Part shown: in pieces, positions 11,956 to 22,776 of the stretch
How positions within the stretch are numbered: the stretch's first letter is position 1
How the letters are laid out: every line of letters begins with the position of its first letter
Assembly (NCBI GenBank): GCA_021826505.1
Contig: JAKAZV010000004.1
Location: 1 to 62,714 of the forward strand
Reading direction: 5' to 3'
Origin: Acidobacteriota bacterium
GTDB lineage: Bacteria > Acidobacteriota > Terriglobia > Terriglobales > SCQP01
DNA length: 62,714 nucleotides
Program-made: the position numbers and the translations under genes
The notes under the pieces: generated by a model
Seen by the model: only the letters and a program-made list of their open reading frames with translations
Database searches by the model: none
Told to the model about the DNA's origin: nothing

Positions 11956-12249
11956 ATGGCGCGCCGGATTACCATTCAATGTCCCGAATGCGGAGCGGCG
12001 ATCGAGGTGGATGTCGAGCAGGGAACGGCTGCTCACGCCGGCCAGCGAGCGGCGGCCAAAGATATTGACCTGAGCCAGGCCAGCGATTGGCTGCGAGGCG
12101 AAGCCAATCGCCGGGACCAGAACTTTGAACGGGCGCGGCAAGCGGAGCGCGACAAGGCCGCCCGGCTGGGCCGAAAGTTTGAGGAGGGCCTGCGCCAGGC
12201 CAAGGAGCAGCCCCCGACGAGGCCGCTGCGCGATCTGGATCTGGATTGA
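11956..12249 (+). CDS. Small hypothetical protein with N-terminal CxxC and helical C-terminus
   Basis: CPEC motif, coding-like composition, co-oriented between ybeY and rho. Confidence 0.65.
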   Translation: MARRITIQCPECGAAIEVDVEQGTAAHAGQRAAAKDIDLSQASDWLRGEANRRDQNFERARQAERDKAARLGRKFEEGLRQAKEQPPTRPLRDLDLD

Positions 12250-12257
12250 GAAGATGT

Positions 12258-12287
12258 TTGACAAATTGCCGCCGTCATTGGTAACCT
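12258..12287 (+). promoter_or_regulatory. Sigma70-type promoter of rho
   Basis: TTGACA (12258-12263), 18-bp spacer, extended -10 TGgTAACCT. Confidence 0.6.
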
Positions 12288-12497
12288 GAAGTTCCCAACG
12301 CAGTCGAGCCGCTGCTATTTCAGGCTTGCCGCAGGCCGCCAGTCGCCGGGAACCATTGCCCAATCCAACCGGTTTTGTAAGTAGAAGATTTTTTTAAGCA
12401 GCATCATGGTACTTGTTTGTCATTTCGCCGCCGGAGGCCGCTCCGGTTCAATTATCATTCCCACCTTCAACCTGAATCTCCCACCCAAACCACTAGA

Positions 12498-13748
12498 ATG
12501 ACCATCGCCGAACTGAAAGAAAAAAACATCACCGAACTCAACCGCATCGCCCGCACGCTGGAGCTGCCCGGGGCCAGCGGCATGCGCAAGCAGGATCTGA
12601 TCTTCAAAATCCTGCAGGCGCAGAGCGAAAAAGAGGGCCATATCTTCGCCGAAGGGGTGCTGGAAATCCTGCCCGACGGCTATGGCTTTCTGCGCTCGCC
12701 CGACTATAACTATCTGCCCGGGCCGGACGACATCTATGTCTCACCCTCGCAGATCCGGCGCTTCGACCTGCGCACCGGGGACACCATTTCGGGCCAGGTG
12801 CGGCCGCCGCACGAGGGGGAAAAGTATTTTGCCCTGGTCAAGATAGAAGCCATCAATTTCGAGGCGCCGGAAGAGGCGCGCAATAAAATCCTGTTTGACA
12901 ACCTGACGCCGCTCTATCCCAGCGAGCGGGTGCGCCTGGAGACCACGCGGGAAAACATCTCCGGACGCATCATGGATCTGCTGACGCCAATCGGCAAGGG
13001 GCAGCGCGGACTGATCGTGGCGCCGCCGCGCACCGGCAAGACCATGCTGCTGCAGTCCATCGCCAATTCGATTACCGCCAACCATCCCGAGGTGGTGCTG
13101 ATCGTGCTGCTGATTGACGAGCGGCCGGAAGAAGTCACCGACATGCAGCGCACGGTGAAGGGCGAGGTCATCAGCTCCACTTTTGACGAACCCGCCACCC
13201 GGCACGTGCAGGTGGCCGAAATGGTGATCGAGAAAGCCAAGCGCCTGGTCGAGCACAAGCGCGACGTGGTGATTCTGTTGGATTCGATCACGCGGCTGGC
13301 GCGGGCCTATAACACCGTGGTGCCACCCTCGGGGAAAATTCTCTCCGGCGGCGTGGATTCCAACGCCCTGCAGCGGCCCAAGCGCTTTTTCGGCGCCGCC
13401 CGCAACATCGAAGAAGGCGGCTCGCTGACCATTATCGCCACCGCGCTGATCGAGACCGGCAGCCGCATGGACGACGTGATCTTTGAAGAGTTCAAAGGCA
13501 CCGGCAACATGGAAATCATTCTCGACCGCAAACTGGTGGACAAGCGCGTGTTTCCGGCGATTGACATTCAGCGCTCGGGCACCCGCAAGGAAGAGCTGCT
13601 GATTCCCAAAGACGATCTCAACCGCATCTGGGTCTTGCGCAAGGTGCTGAACCCGCTCTCGGTGACGGAATCCATGGAGCTGCTGCGGGATAAGCTGCTG
13701 AAGGCCAAGACGAACGGCGATTTTCTGGGTGCGATGAACACGATCTAA
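12498..13748 (+). CDS. rho: Transcription termination factor Rho
   Basis: [46 protein letters not shown]. Confidence 0.98.
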   Translation: MTIAELKEKNITELNRIARTLELPGASGMRKQDLIFKILQAQSEKEGHIFAEGVLEILPDGYGFLRSPDYNYLPGPDDIYVSPSQIRRFDLRTGDTISGQVRPPHEGEKYFALVKIEAINFEAPEEARNKILFDNLTPLYPSERVRLETTRENISGRIMDLLTPIGKGQRGLIVAPPRTGKTMLLQSIANSITANHPEVVLIVLLIDERPEEVTDMQRTVKGEVISSTFDEPATRHVQVAEMVIEKAKRLVEHKRDVVILLDSITRLARAYNTVVPPSGKILSGGVDSNALQRPKRFFGAARNIEEGGSLTIIATALIETGSRMDDVIFEEFKGTGNMEIILDRKLVDKRVFPAIDIQRSGTRKEELLIPKDDLNRIWVLRKVLNPLSVTESMELLRDKLLKAKTNGDFLGAMNTI

Positions 13749-13792
13749 GCGGAAGCGCCTGAAACGGCGCAGCGTACAGCCAGCGGAATCCT

Positions 13793-15499
13793 ATGGCCGA
13801 TGCCAGCCCTCCCGGCCCCGCCAAGAACGTCTCCCCTTCCGGAGCGAGACCGCCCGCTTCCGCCACGTCCGGGCGCCTCGACCGCACAGCCCAAAATCTG
13901 GCCAGCAACCAGGCACGCATCGCGCTCTGGCGCGAACGCGAAGCCGAGGCGCGGCTAGGCGGCGGAGCCGCCGCGGTGAAACGCCAGCACGAGCGCGGGC
14001 GGATGACGGCGCGCGAGCGCATTGCCGGGCTGGTGGATCCGGACAGCGAATTTTTCGAGCTGGCCGCGCTGGCGGCCTGGGGCATGTACGCGGAGTGGGG
14101 CGGCGCGCCGGCGGCGGGAGTCATCACCGGACTGGGGCGGGTGAGCGGCCATCTCTGTGTCCTGATTGCCAATGACGCCACAGTCAAGGCGGGCGCGTTT
14201 TTTCCCTCCACCGCGAAAAAAGTCATCCGCGCCCAGACCATTGCGCTCGACAATCATCTGCCGGTGATTTATCTGGTGGATTCAGCCGGCGTCTTTTTAC
14301 CGCTGCAGGAAGACGTATTTCCCGACACCGACGACTTCGGCCGCGTGTTCCGCAATAACGCCGTGCTCTCGGCGCGCGGGATTCCGCAACTGGCTGCCAT
14401 CATGGGCAGTTGCGTGGCGGGCGGGGCGTATCTGCCGGTGATGTGCGACGCGGTGGTGATGAGCGAAGGCAGCGGGCTTTACCTGGCCGGCCCGGCGCTG
14501 GTGCAATCGGCGATTGGGCAGAAAGTTTCGAGCGAAGAGCTGGGCGGCGCCGCCATGCATGCCCAGATCAGCGGCACGGTGGATTTTCGCGAACCCGACG
14601 ACGCCGCCTGCCTGCGCCGGCTGCGCGAGCTGGCCGCAGTCTGGGGCCCGGCGCCGACGGCGCCGTTTGCCCGCGCGGAAATCACCGCGCCGCGGCGGCC
14701 GGCGGAGGATTTGCTGACGATATTTTCCACCGATCCGCGCGCCCAGTATGATGTGCGCGATCTGCTGGCCTGCCTGCTCGACGACGGTCCCTGGGATGAA
14801 TACCGGGCCGAGCATGGCCGCACCCTGGTCTGCGGCTGGGGACGCTGGCAGGGCTGGGCCGTGGGGATTGTGGCCAACCAGCGCCAGGCGGCGCGCCGGC
14901 CCGACGGCAAGCTGGAATTTGGCGGGGTGATCTATCCCGACAGCGCCGATAAGGCGGCACGTTTTATCCTGGCCTGCAATCAGGCGCGCGCGCCGCTGAT
15001 TTTTCTGCATGATGTGAGCGGATTCATGGTGGGGCGCGAGGCGGAATCCGAGGGCATTATCCGCGCCGGCGCCAAGATGGTGAATGCCGTGGCCAACGCC
15101 AGCGTGCCCAAGATCAGCCTGATTCTGGGCGGCAGTTTCGGGGCCGGGCATTATGCCATGTGCGGCCGGGCCTATGATCCGCGTTTTCTGCTGGCCTGGC
15201 CGATGGCGCGATATGCGGTGATGGGCGCCGAACAGGCCGCGCAGACGCTGCTGGAAGTGCGGCTGCGGGTGCTGGAAAAGGAAGGGAAAAAGCCCAATCC
15301 CGAAGAACAGGCCGCGCTGCGGAAGCAAATTCAAGCCAGCTATGAGGAACAGGCGGAGGCCGAATATGGGGCGGCCCGGCTCTGGCTAGACGCCATTATT
15401 GATCCGCTGCAAACCCGGAGCGCGATCGGGCTGGCGCTGGATGCGGCGGCGCACAATCCTGAAATCCCCGCTCTGCGCACGGGAGTATTGCAGACCTAG
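13793..15499 (+). CDS. Acyl-CoA carboxylase carboxyltransferase subunit (3-methylcrotonyl-CoA carboxylase beta-like)
   Basis: ANDATVKAG, YLVDSAG, CVAGGAY, GSFGAGHYAMCG. Confidence 0.88.
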   Translation: MADASPPGPAKNVSPSGARPPASATSGRLDRTAQNLASNQARIALWREREAEARLGGGAAAVKRQHERGRMTARERIAGLVDPDSEFFELAALAAWGMYAEWGGAPAAGVITGLGRVSGHLCVLIANDATVKAGAFFPSTAKKVIRAQTIALDNHLPVIYLVDSAGVFLPLQEDVFPDTDDFGRVFRNNAVLSARGIPQLAAIMGSCVAGGAYLPVMCDAVVMSEGSGLYLAGPALVQSAIGQKVSSEELGGAAMHAQISGTVDFREPDDAACLRRLRELAAVWGPAPTAPFARAEITAPRRPAEDLLTIFSTDPRAQYDVRDLLACLLDDGPWDEYRAEHGRTLVCGWGRWQGWAVGIVANQRQAARRPDGKLEFGGVIYPDSADKAARFILACNQARAPLIFLHDVSGFMVGREAESEGIIRAGAKMVNAVANASVPKISLILGGSFGAGHYAMCGRAYDPRFLLAWPMARYAVMGAEQAAQTLLEVRLRVLEKEGKKPNPEEQAALRKQIQASYEEQAEAEYGAARLWLDAIIDPLQTRSAIGLALDAAAHNPEIPALRTGVLQT

Positions 15500-15544
15500 T
15501 GGCCGCGCGAGTCCGCCCCGCCGCTGTGTTATTTTTAGAATTCC

Positions 15545-16330
15545 ATGTCCCCGACCACCGCAGCTCCGGCGCTGGAGGAAAGCGAAGCCGCGCTCGAAGC
15601 GCGACTGGATCAGGCGCGGCTGCCGCGCCATCTGGCCGTGATCATGGACGGCAACGGGCGCTGGGCGCGCCAGCGCCATTTACCCCGCGTGGCTGGACAC
15701 AAGGCCGGGGTCGCGGCGGTGCGGCGCACGGCGGAAACCTGCGCGCGGCTGGGCATACCGGTGCTGACGCTGTACGCGTTTTCCGTGGAAAACTGGAAGC
15801 GGCCGCGCACCGAAGTGGATTTTTTGATGCGGCTGCTGCGGGAATTTCTCCGCCGCGAACTGCCCACGCTGCGCAAAAACCGCATTCGCCTGGGAGTCAT
15901 CGGCCGGGTGCAGGAACTGCCGGCCAGCGTGCAACGCTCGCTCCATGAGGTGTGCGAGGCCACGGCCGGCTATGACCGCATGCTGCTCAACCTGGCGCTC
16001 AACTACGGCAGCCGCGCCGAGCTGGCCGACGCCATGCAGGCGCTGGCGGAAGAAAACGGGCGTCCAGGGAAGCCGGCGCGCATTACCGAGCAGGACATCG
16101 AGCGGCATCTCTATACCGCCGGGCTGCCGGACCCGGATCTGGTCATCCGCACCAGCGGGGAGATGCGGCTGAGCAACTTTCTGCTCTGGCAGGCGGCCTA
16201 TGCCGAACTGTGGGTGACGCCGGTGCTGTGGCCCGATTTTCAAACGCGCGAACTGCTGCGCGCGCTTTGCGATTACCAAAGCCGGCATCGCCGGTTCGGA
16301 GGACTGGCGGCGCCAGATTCCGCAATATGA
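15545..16330 (+). CDS. uppS: Undecaprenyl diphosphate synthase
   Basis: HLAVIMDGNGRWA, FSVENWKRP, RTSGEMRLSNFLLWQ. Confidence 0.97.
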   Translation: MSPTTAAPALEESEAALEARLDQARLPRHLAVIMDGNGRWARQRHLPRVAGHKAGVAAVRRTAETCARLGIPVLTLYAFSVENWKRPRTEVDFLMRLLREFLRRELPTLRKNRIRLGVIGRVQELPASVQRSLHEVCEATAGYDRMLLNLALNYGSRAELADAMQALAEENGRPGKPARITEQDIERHLYTAGLPDPDLVIRTSGEMRLSNFLLWQAAYAELWVTPVLWPDFQTRELLRALCDYQSRHRRFGGLAAPDSAI

Positions 16331-17214
16331 AACGGATTTTGACGGGAGGCATTTTCGGGATTGTCATGCTGCTGCTGGCGCTGCGCGCGCCGGCGCCGCT
16401 GTTTGCCGCGGCGCTGCTGATTCTGGGCGCGCTGGGGCAGAAGGAATTTTACGATCTTGCCGGGCACAGCGGACAAGCGCAGCCCTGGTGCAGGGTGGGC
16501 CAATTACTCGGGCTGGCGCTGATTATGGTGTTTGCCCTGCCCTGGTCGAATTTCGGCCCACTGGCCAGGATGGGCAATTTAAGCCTATTATTCGATCCAT
16601 TTGTGGTTCTGGTGAGCTGTTTTCTGATTATTCTGCTCACCGGCCTGGGCGCGGGGGAACGGCTGGCGCAATGGCCGCTGGACGCAGGCTGCACGCTGCT
16701 GGGATTGATTTATCCGGCATTATTATTGGCACTTTTAGGCCGGGTGCGGCTGTGGCCGCTGGGCATGTGGTGGGTTTTCTTTTTATTGCTGGTGGTGTGG
16801 GCGGGCGATATCGCGGCCTTCTATGGCGGCCGCCTCTGGGGGCGGCATAAGCTCGCGCCTCGGCTAAGTCCGGGCAAAAGCTGGGAGGGTAGCGCATTCT
16901 CGCTGCTCGCCGCAGCCGTAGTGGGCGCCGCGGTGGCGCATTTTTCGCCCGCGATCACGCAGACGCTGCTGCGGCTGCACCTGATGGTTTTCGCCTTTGT
17001 GACGCCCGAGCCGCTGGGGCCGGCGGTGGGGCTGGCGATCGCCATTAATCTGGCCGCGCAGGCCGGCGATCTGATCGAATCGGCGTTCAAACGGGCGGCG
17101 GGAGTCAAAGATTCGGGCGCGCTGTTGCCCGGCCATGGGGGCATTCTCGACCGGATTGACGCCATGCTCTTTGCCATTCCGGCGTTGTGGTATTTTTTGA
17201 TGCTGCGGATGTAG
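16327..17214 (+). CDS. cdsA: Phosphatidate cytidylyltransferase
   Basis: SPGKSWEG, GDLIESAFKR..KDSG..LPGHGGILDRID; ATGA overlap with uppS. Confidence 0.95.
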   Translation: MKRILTGGIFGIVMLLLALRAPAPLFAAALLILGALGQKEFYDLAGHSGQAQPWCRVGQLLGLALIMVFALPWSNFGPLARMGNLSLLFDPFVVLVSCFLIILLTGLGAGERLAQWPLDAGCTLLGLIYPALLLALLGRVRLWPLGMWWVFFLLLVVWAGDIAAFYGGRLWGRHKLAPRLSPGKSWEGSAFSLLAAAVVGAAVAHFSPAITQTLLRLHLMVFAFVTPEPLGPAVGLAIAINLAAQAGDLIESAFKRAAGVKDSGALLPGHGGILDRIDAMLFAIPALWYFLMLRM

Positions 17215-17227
17215 TCAGGAATCCATC

Positions 17228-18484
17228 TTGCCCAGTACCCATTCTCAATTGCCCGCCGAATTTCCGGTGCAACTCGATTTTCCCCGCCGGATCGCGATTC
17301 TTGGCTCGACCGGCTCGATCGGGCAAAGCACGCTGCGGGTCATCGAGGCGCTGCCCGGCCGGTTTGAAGTGGTGGCGCTGGCGGCGGGGCGCAATCTGGA
17401 TCTGCTGGAGGCGCAGGCGCGCCAGTTTCTTCCCCGGCTGGTCTCCGTGGCCGACGCGGAGCTGGCCACGGAGTTAAAACAGCGCCTGAACAATTTGCCC
17501 CGGCGGCCGGAAGTGCTGCATGGCCCGGGCGGGCTGCGGGCGGCGGCGGCGGAGTCGCCAGCCAACCTGATTGTGGCGGCGGTGGTGGGGGTTGCCTGTC
17601 TCGAAGCGGCGCTGGCCGCGATTCAGGCCGGCAAACTGCTGGCCGTGGCCAATAAAGAGTTGCTGGTCGCGGGCGGGCCGCTGCTGGCGGCGGCGGCAGC
17701 CAAACGAAAGATGCCGCTGCTGCCGATTGACAGCGAACACAGCGCCATTCATCAGTGCCTGCGGGCGGGCCGGCGCAGCGAGATGCGGCGGCTGATTCTG
17801 ACCGCATCCGGCGGACCTTTCCGGGATTGGCCACTGGAAAAGCTGGTGCAGGTCAAGCCCGAACAAGCGCTGCGCCATCCCACCTGGCAAATGGGCCAAC
17901 GCGTGACTCTGGATTCGGCTACGCTAATGAATAAGGGCTTTGAAGTTCTGGAAGCCTGCCATCTGTTCGGTCTGGAAGAGGACCGGGTCGAGGTGCTGAT
18001 CCATCCGCAATCGCTGGCGCATTCGATGGTGGAATTTCACGATGGTTCCGTTCTGGCGCAGCTGAGCCCGGCCGACATGGCCATGCCCATTCAATACGCG
18101 CTTACCTACCCGGAACGGATGCCCCATGCTCCGGCGCAACTGGATCTGGCGGCCCAGGGCAAGCTGGAGTTTTTTGCCGCCGATGAAGGCCGCTATCCCT
18201 GCCTGCGCCTGGCGCGCCAGGCCGGCCGGGCCGGCGGCACGGCCGGCGCCATTCTGAACGCCGCTGATGAGATCGCGGTGGGCGAGTTCATGAAAGGACG
18301 GCTGGGCTTTACCGCGATTGCGGACTGCATTGAGGCCGTGCTGAGCCAGGTTCCGGCCCAGCCGCTGCGGCAGCTCGAAGACGTGCTGGGCGCCGACGCC
18401 GAAGCGAGGCAAGCCGCCCGGGATTGGATCGTTCAGAATAAGGGCAAGGGGAAAAACGCCGCGGAGCGGAAGGAAAATCATTAA
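17228..18484 (+). CDS. dxr: 1-deoxy-D-xylulose-5-phosphate reductoisomerase
   Basis: ILGSTGSIG, ANKE, LPIDSEH, TASGGPF, DSATLMNKG; exact start uncertain. Confidence 0.97.
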   Translation: MPSTHSQLPAEFPVQLDFPRRIAILGSTGSIGQSTLRVIEALPGRFEVVALAAGRNLDLLEAQARQFLPRLVSVADAELATELKQRLNNLPRRPEVLHGPGGLRAAAAESPANLIVAAVVGVACLEAALAAIQAGKLLAVANKELLVAGGPLLAAAAAKRKMPLLPIDSEHSAIHQCLRAGRRSEMRRLILTASGGPFRDWPLEKLVQVKPEQALRHPTWQMGQRVTLDSATLMNKGFEVLEACHLFGLEEDRVEVLIHPQSLAHSMVEFHDGSVLAQLSPADMAMPIQYALTYPERMPHAPAQLDLAAQGKLEFFAADEGRYPCLRLARQAGRAGGTAGAILNAADEIAVGEFMKGRLGFTAIADCIEAVLSQVPAQPLRQLEDVLGADAEARQAARDWIVQNKGKGKNAAERKENH

Positions 18485-18496
18485 GAGAACAGTTGC

Positions 18497-19834
18497 ATGA
18501 TGACAATTCTCACCGATATCGTGGCCGTTGCCCTGGTCCTCGGCGTGATCGTGCTGGTGCACGAGTCCGGGCATTTTTTCGCGGCCAAGCTGTTTGGCGT
18601 GCGGGTGGAAACCTTTTCACTGGGTTTTGGGCGGCGGTTGGCGGGCTGGAAACGGGGCGAGACCGATTACCGCATCAGCCTGCTGCCGCTGGGCGGCTAC
18701 GTCAAGATGTCGGGCGAAAATCCCATGGACGGCCCCACCGGCGATCCGCGCGAGTTCATGTCGAAGCCGCGGTGGCAGCGCTTTATCATCGTATTGGCGG
18801 GGCCGGTCATGAATGGCGTGCTGGCGGTGGGACTGCTGATTCCCATGTACATGCATGCCTTTCCGCGGCATACCTTTCTCGACCACGCGGCGGTTGTGGC
18901 CGCGGTGCGAGCGCATACGCCGGCGGCCCAGGCGGGTCTGGAACCTGGCGATCGCATTCTGGCGGCGGGACGCGAATCAGATCCCACCTGGGACCGGTTT
19001 TTAAATGAGGCCGCCATTTCGGTCAATCGCCCGCTGCCGCTTACGGTTCTGCGACAGGGCAAAATTCTTCATCTGCAGATGATTCCACGCGCGGTGGGAG
19101 CGGCGAATGAACTGCGGCTGGGATTGACGCCGCGGCAGCCCATCCTGATCGCGCAGGTCACGCCGGGATCGCCTGCCGCCGCCGCCGGGCTGCGCCCCGG
19201 CGATTCGATTGTTGCCCTCAATGGCCATAGCCTCTATATGCGCCAGAGCATGATCCAGCAAGTGCAAGGCTCGCACGGGCGTCCGGTGAGCCTGACGATT
19301 GTGCGTGACGGCGCGCGGAAGCAAATGGAGATTACGCCGCGGCGCATGAGCCTGGACGGCCAGCCGCCCCACTGGATGATCGGCGTGGCGCTGAGCGATG
19401 GAGTCACTTTTGAACGCCTGCCATTCCTCCAGGCGCTGAGCGCATCGCTGGCAGACAACCGCCGCAATGCCACGCTGATTCTGGTCTTATTGAAAAAGCT
19501 GGTTTCAGGCCAGGCTTCGCCGACCGTGCTGTCGAGTCCGATCGGCATCGCCGCGGTCGCCGGCCAGGCGGCGCGGCAGCCCACCTGGTATCCCTTACTC
19601 GAGCTGACTGCCATGATCAGCCTCAATCTCGGTTTGCTGAACCTGCTGCCCATTCCGGTGCTGGACGGAGGCCTGATTTTATTTTTAATCATTGAGAGCG
19701 TGATGCGCCATGACCTGAGCCTGAAGCTCAAGGAACGGGTTTATCAGGCCGGCTTCGCGTTTTTAATTTTGCTGATGACCTTCGTGGTCTATAACGATAT
19801 TGCCCGGACCGTAGCCAGTCATCATTTCCATTAG
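18497..19834 (+). CDS. rseP: RIP metalloprotease RseP with two PDZ domains
   Basis: HESGH (HExxH), LPLGGYVKM, NLLPIPVLDGG. Confidence 0.96.
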   Translation: MMTILTDIVAVALVLGVIVLVHESGHFFAAKLFGVRVETFSLGFGRRLAGWKRGETDYRISLLPLGGYVKMSGENPMDGPTGDPREFMSKPRWQRFIIVLAGPVMNGVLAVGLLIPMYMHAFPRHTFLDHAAVVAAVRAHTPAAQAGLEPGDRILAAGRESDPTWDRFLNEAAISVNRPLPLTVLRQGKILHLQMIPRAVGAANELRLGLTPRQPILIAQVTPGSPAAAAGLRPGDSIVALNGHSLYMRQSMIQQVQGSHGRPVSLTIVRDGARKQMEITPRRMSLDGQPPHWMIGVALSDGVTFERLPFLQALSASLADNRRNATLILVLLKKLVSGQASPTVLSSPIGIAAVAGQAARQPTWYPLLELTAMISLNLGLLNLLPIPVLDGGLILFLIIESVMRHDLSLKLKERVYQAGFAFLILLMTFVVYNDIARTVASHHFH

Positions 19835-19930
19835 ACAGGATCACGCCAACAGGCGGCAAAGCCCGCCGGTAAACGATAAACTAAATGAAGCGGCCGGTCC
19901 ATAAAACTCAGGACCGGCGGCCACGGAACC

Positions 19931-21190
19931 ATGCCCATCGAACGCAGAAAATCGGTCAGGGTGCAAATTGGCGCAATAGGGGTGGGCGGAAACGCGCCCA
20001 TTGCCGTGCAGTCCATGACCAATACCGATACCGCCGATGCCCGCGCCACGGCGGCTCAGGTGATTGAGCTGCATCAGGCCGGCTCGGAACTTGTGCGCAT
20101 CACCGTCAATACCGATGCCGCCGCCCGCGCCCTGCCGGAAATCGCGGCAGAACTGGAGCGGCGCAAGGCGCGCGTGCCGCTGATCGGAGATTTTCATTAC
20201 AACGGCCATATTCTGCTCACCCGTTACCGGGAATGCGCGCAGATCCTGGCCAAATACCGCATCAATCCCGGCAATGTGGGCATAGGCAACCAGGATGACG
20301 CCAATTTCCGGGCCATGATCGAAGTGGCCTGCCGGCTGGGCAAGCCGGTGCGCATCGGCGTGAACTGGGGCTCGCTCGATCAGGCGCTGCTGGCGGCGAT
20401 GATGGACGACAACGCACGCCTGCCCGAGCCGCGCCCGGCCGGTGAAGTGCTGCGCGAGGCGCTGGTGCAATCGGCCCTGCGCTCGGCCGCCGCGGCCGAA
20501 CGGTATGGGCTGCCGCATGACCAAATCGTGCTCAGCGCCAAAGTGTCGGGCGTACCCGATTTGCTGACGGTGTACCGGCAACTGGCGGCGGCGTGCGATT
20601 ATCCCCTGCATTTGGGATTGACCGAAGCCGGGCTGGGATTGAAGGGCGTGGCGGCGACGGCGGCGGCGCTCAGCATTTTGCTGGCCGAGGGGATCGGAGA
20701 CACCATCCGCGCATCGCTGACGCCGCGTCCGGGCGGCGATCGCTGCGAAGAAGTGCGGCTCTGCCAGCAGGTACTGCAGTCGCTTGAACTGCGCAGCTTT
20801 GCTCCCCAGGTCACCGCCTGTCCGGGCTGCGGCCGCACCACCAGCACTTTTTTTCAGTCCATGGCCGAGCAGATTCAAACCTATCTGCGCGAGCAGATGC
20901 CGGTGTGGAAAAGCCGGTATGCGGGAGTGGAAAATTTGCGCGTCGCGGTGATGGGCTGCGTCGTCAACGGTCCCGGCGAATCGCGCCATGCCGATATCGG
21001 CATCTCGCTGCCGGGGTCGTTTGAAGAGCCCAAGGCGCCGGTTTATGTGGATGGCAAGCTGCTGCGCACCCTGCGCGGCGAAGGCCTGGTGGATGAGTTC
21101 ATCACCATTCTGGAAGATTACGTGCGCGTGCGTTACGCGCCCCGGGATCAGGCAGCATCCGTCGAGGCGGCCGCGCATGGAATCCACTAA
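19931..21190 (+). CDS. ispG: (E)-4-hydroxy-3-methylbut-2-enyl-diphosphate synthase
   Basis: [38 protein letters not shown]. Confidence 0.97.
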   Translation: MPIERRKSVRVQIGAIGVGGNAPIAVQSMTNTDTADARATAAQVIELHQAGSELVRITVNTDAAARALPEIAAELERRKARVPLIGDFHYNGHILLTRYRECAQILAKYRINPGNVGIGNQDDANFRAMIEVACRLGKPVRIGVNWGSLDQALLAAMMDDNARLPEPRPAGEVLREALVQSALRSAAAAERYGLPHDQIVLSAKVSGVPDLLTVYRQLAAACDYPLHLGLTEAGLGLKGVAATAAALSILLAEGIGDTIRASLTPRPGGDRCEEVRLCQQVLQSLELRSFAPQVTACPGCGRTTSTFFQSMAEQIQTYLREQMPVWKSRYAGVENLRVAVMGCVVNGPGESRHADIGISLPGSFEEPKAPVYVDGKLLRTLRGEGLVDEFITILEDYVRVRYAPRDQAASVEAAAHGIH

Positions 21191-22262
21191 ACGCCTGGCG
21201 GCATTGCGCGAACGCATGCGGAGGGAAAAGCTCGGCGCTTTCGCGTCGCTGCATTTGCCCAACCTGCGCTACCTGACCGGCTTTACCGGTTCGGCGGGCC
21301 TGCTGCTGGTGCAGGCGGAAGAAGCCCATTTTTATACCGACGGCCGCTACCGCGAACAGGCACGTCTCGAAGTGCGGGGGGCGCAGGTTCATATTACCGG
21401 CAACGCCGGACTCTATGCCGCAGCGGCGCACCGGCTGGGGCGTGTGCGGCGCATCGGAGTGGAGGCGCCCAACCTGACCCTGGCCGCGGCATCGGCGCTG
21501 GGTGGCAAAGAATGGAAGAACCGGCTATTGCCCACCACGGGCTGGATAGAACAGCAGCGAGCCCGCAAAACTCCGGATGAAATTGCCCGCCTGCGCCGGG
21601 CGGCGCAGCTCGCCTCGGGCATCTGGCCCCGGCTGCTGAAAGAAATCCAGCCGGGCAAGAGCGAACGCGCCGTGGCGGCCCGCATTGAATTTGAGCTGCG
21701 GCGGGCGGGCGGCGACGGCTGTTCGTTTGAACCCATTGTGGCCGCGGGCGCGCGCGGCGCGCTGCCCCACGCCCGCGCTTCCGCACAAGCGCTGCGGCGC
21801 GGCGATCTGGTGGTGCTCGACTACGGGGTCTGGCGCGAAGGCTATGCCAGCGATATGACCCGCACGGTGGCTGTGGGCAGAGCCTCGGCCCGGGCACGCG
21901 AGGTTTACCGCGCGGTGCTGGAGGCGCAACTGGCGGCCATCGCCGCCGTGCGTCCCGGCGTGCCGGCGCCCGCCGTGGACGCGGCGGCGCGGCGGGTCTT
22001 GCGCAAACATAAACTCCTGCGGTATTTTGTTCATTCCACCGGTCATGGAGTGGGACTGGAGATACACGAAAATCCCCGTCTCGGCCAGTGGACGCGCCGG
22101 GATCAGCCACCCCCGGTGCTGGAAACGGGAAATGTGATTACCATAGAGCCTGGCGTTTACCTGCCCGGCTGGGGCGGGGTGCGCATTGAAGACATGGTGC
22201 ATGTGACCGATGGCGGGGCCGAGATTCTGACCCCCACGCCCAAAGAATTGCTGGAGCTTTGA
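21177..22262 (+). CDS. Xaa-Pro aminopeptidase (M24B family)
   Basis: [39 protein letters not shown]. Confidence 0.92.
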   Translation: MESTKRLAALRERMRREKLGAFASLHLPNLRYLTGFTGSAGLLLVQAEEAHFYTDGRYREQARLEVRGAQVHITGNAGLYAAAAHRLGRVRRIGVEAPNLTLAAASALGGKEWKNRLLPTTGWIEQQRARKTPDEIARLRRAAQLASGIWPRLLKEIQPGKSERAVAARIEFELRRAGGDGCSFEPIVAAGARGALPHARASAQALRRGDLVVLDYGVWREGYASDMTRTVAVGRASARAREVYRAVLEAQLAAIAAVRPGVPAPAVDAAARRVLRKHKLLRYFVHSTGHGVGLEIHENPRLGQWTRRDQPPPVLETGNVITIEPGVYLPGWGGVRIEDMVHVTDGGAEILTPTPKELLEL

Positions 22263-22756
22263 ACTTGCCCAAAAACGACCCCCAATCTTCCTCCCCGATG
22301 GATTTTGATTCGATCCGCCGGCTCATTGACACCCTGATCGAAAAACAGGTCGAGGAGTTTGAACTGGAACAGGGCGATCTGCGCATACGCATCCGGCGCG
22401 GGGCCGGTCCGGCGATTTATGCGGCGGGGAGCGGGCCAGCCGCTTCCGCACCCACCGCCGCCGCGCCCGCTCCGGCCGCGACAGCGGCTCCCGCCGCGGC
22501 GGCCGCACCGGAAGAAGGCTGGGTCTATGTGCGCTCGCCCATCGTGGGCACCTTTTATGCCGCGCCCGCGCCCGACGCGCCGGAATTTGTGCAGGAGGGC
22601 GACCGGGTGCAGCCCGGCCAGGTGCTGTGCATCGTGGAAGCCATGAAACTGATGAATGAAATCGAAGCAGAGGTCGCGGGCATCATTGTCCGGCGACTGG
22701 TCAAGGCCGGGCAGCCGGTTGAGTATGGGCAGCCATTGTTTGCCATCCGGCCCTGA
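22259..22756 (+). CDS. accB: Biotin carboxyl carrier protein
   Basis: [17 protein letters not shown] biotinylation motif, Ala/Pro linker; start may be ATG 22298. Confidence 0.96.
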   Translation: MNLPKNDPQSSSPMDFDSIRRLIDTLIEKQVEEFELEQGDLRIRIRRGAGPAIYAAGSGPAASAPTAAAPAPAATAAPAAAAAPEEGWVYVRSPIVGTFYAAPAPDAPEFVQEGDRVQPGQVLCIVEAMKLMNEIEAEVAGIIVRRLVKAGQPVEYGQPLFAIRP

Positions 22757-22776
22757 GCCGGCAACTGATCCGCACG

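Noticed and set aside
13757-13772. Hairpin gcgcc-tgaaac-ggcgc after rho as an intrinsic terminator
   Set aside because: Short stem and no U-tract; no convincing intrinsic terminator was identified in the window.
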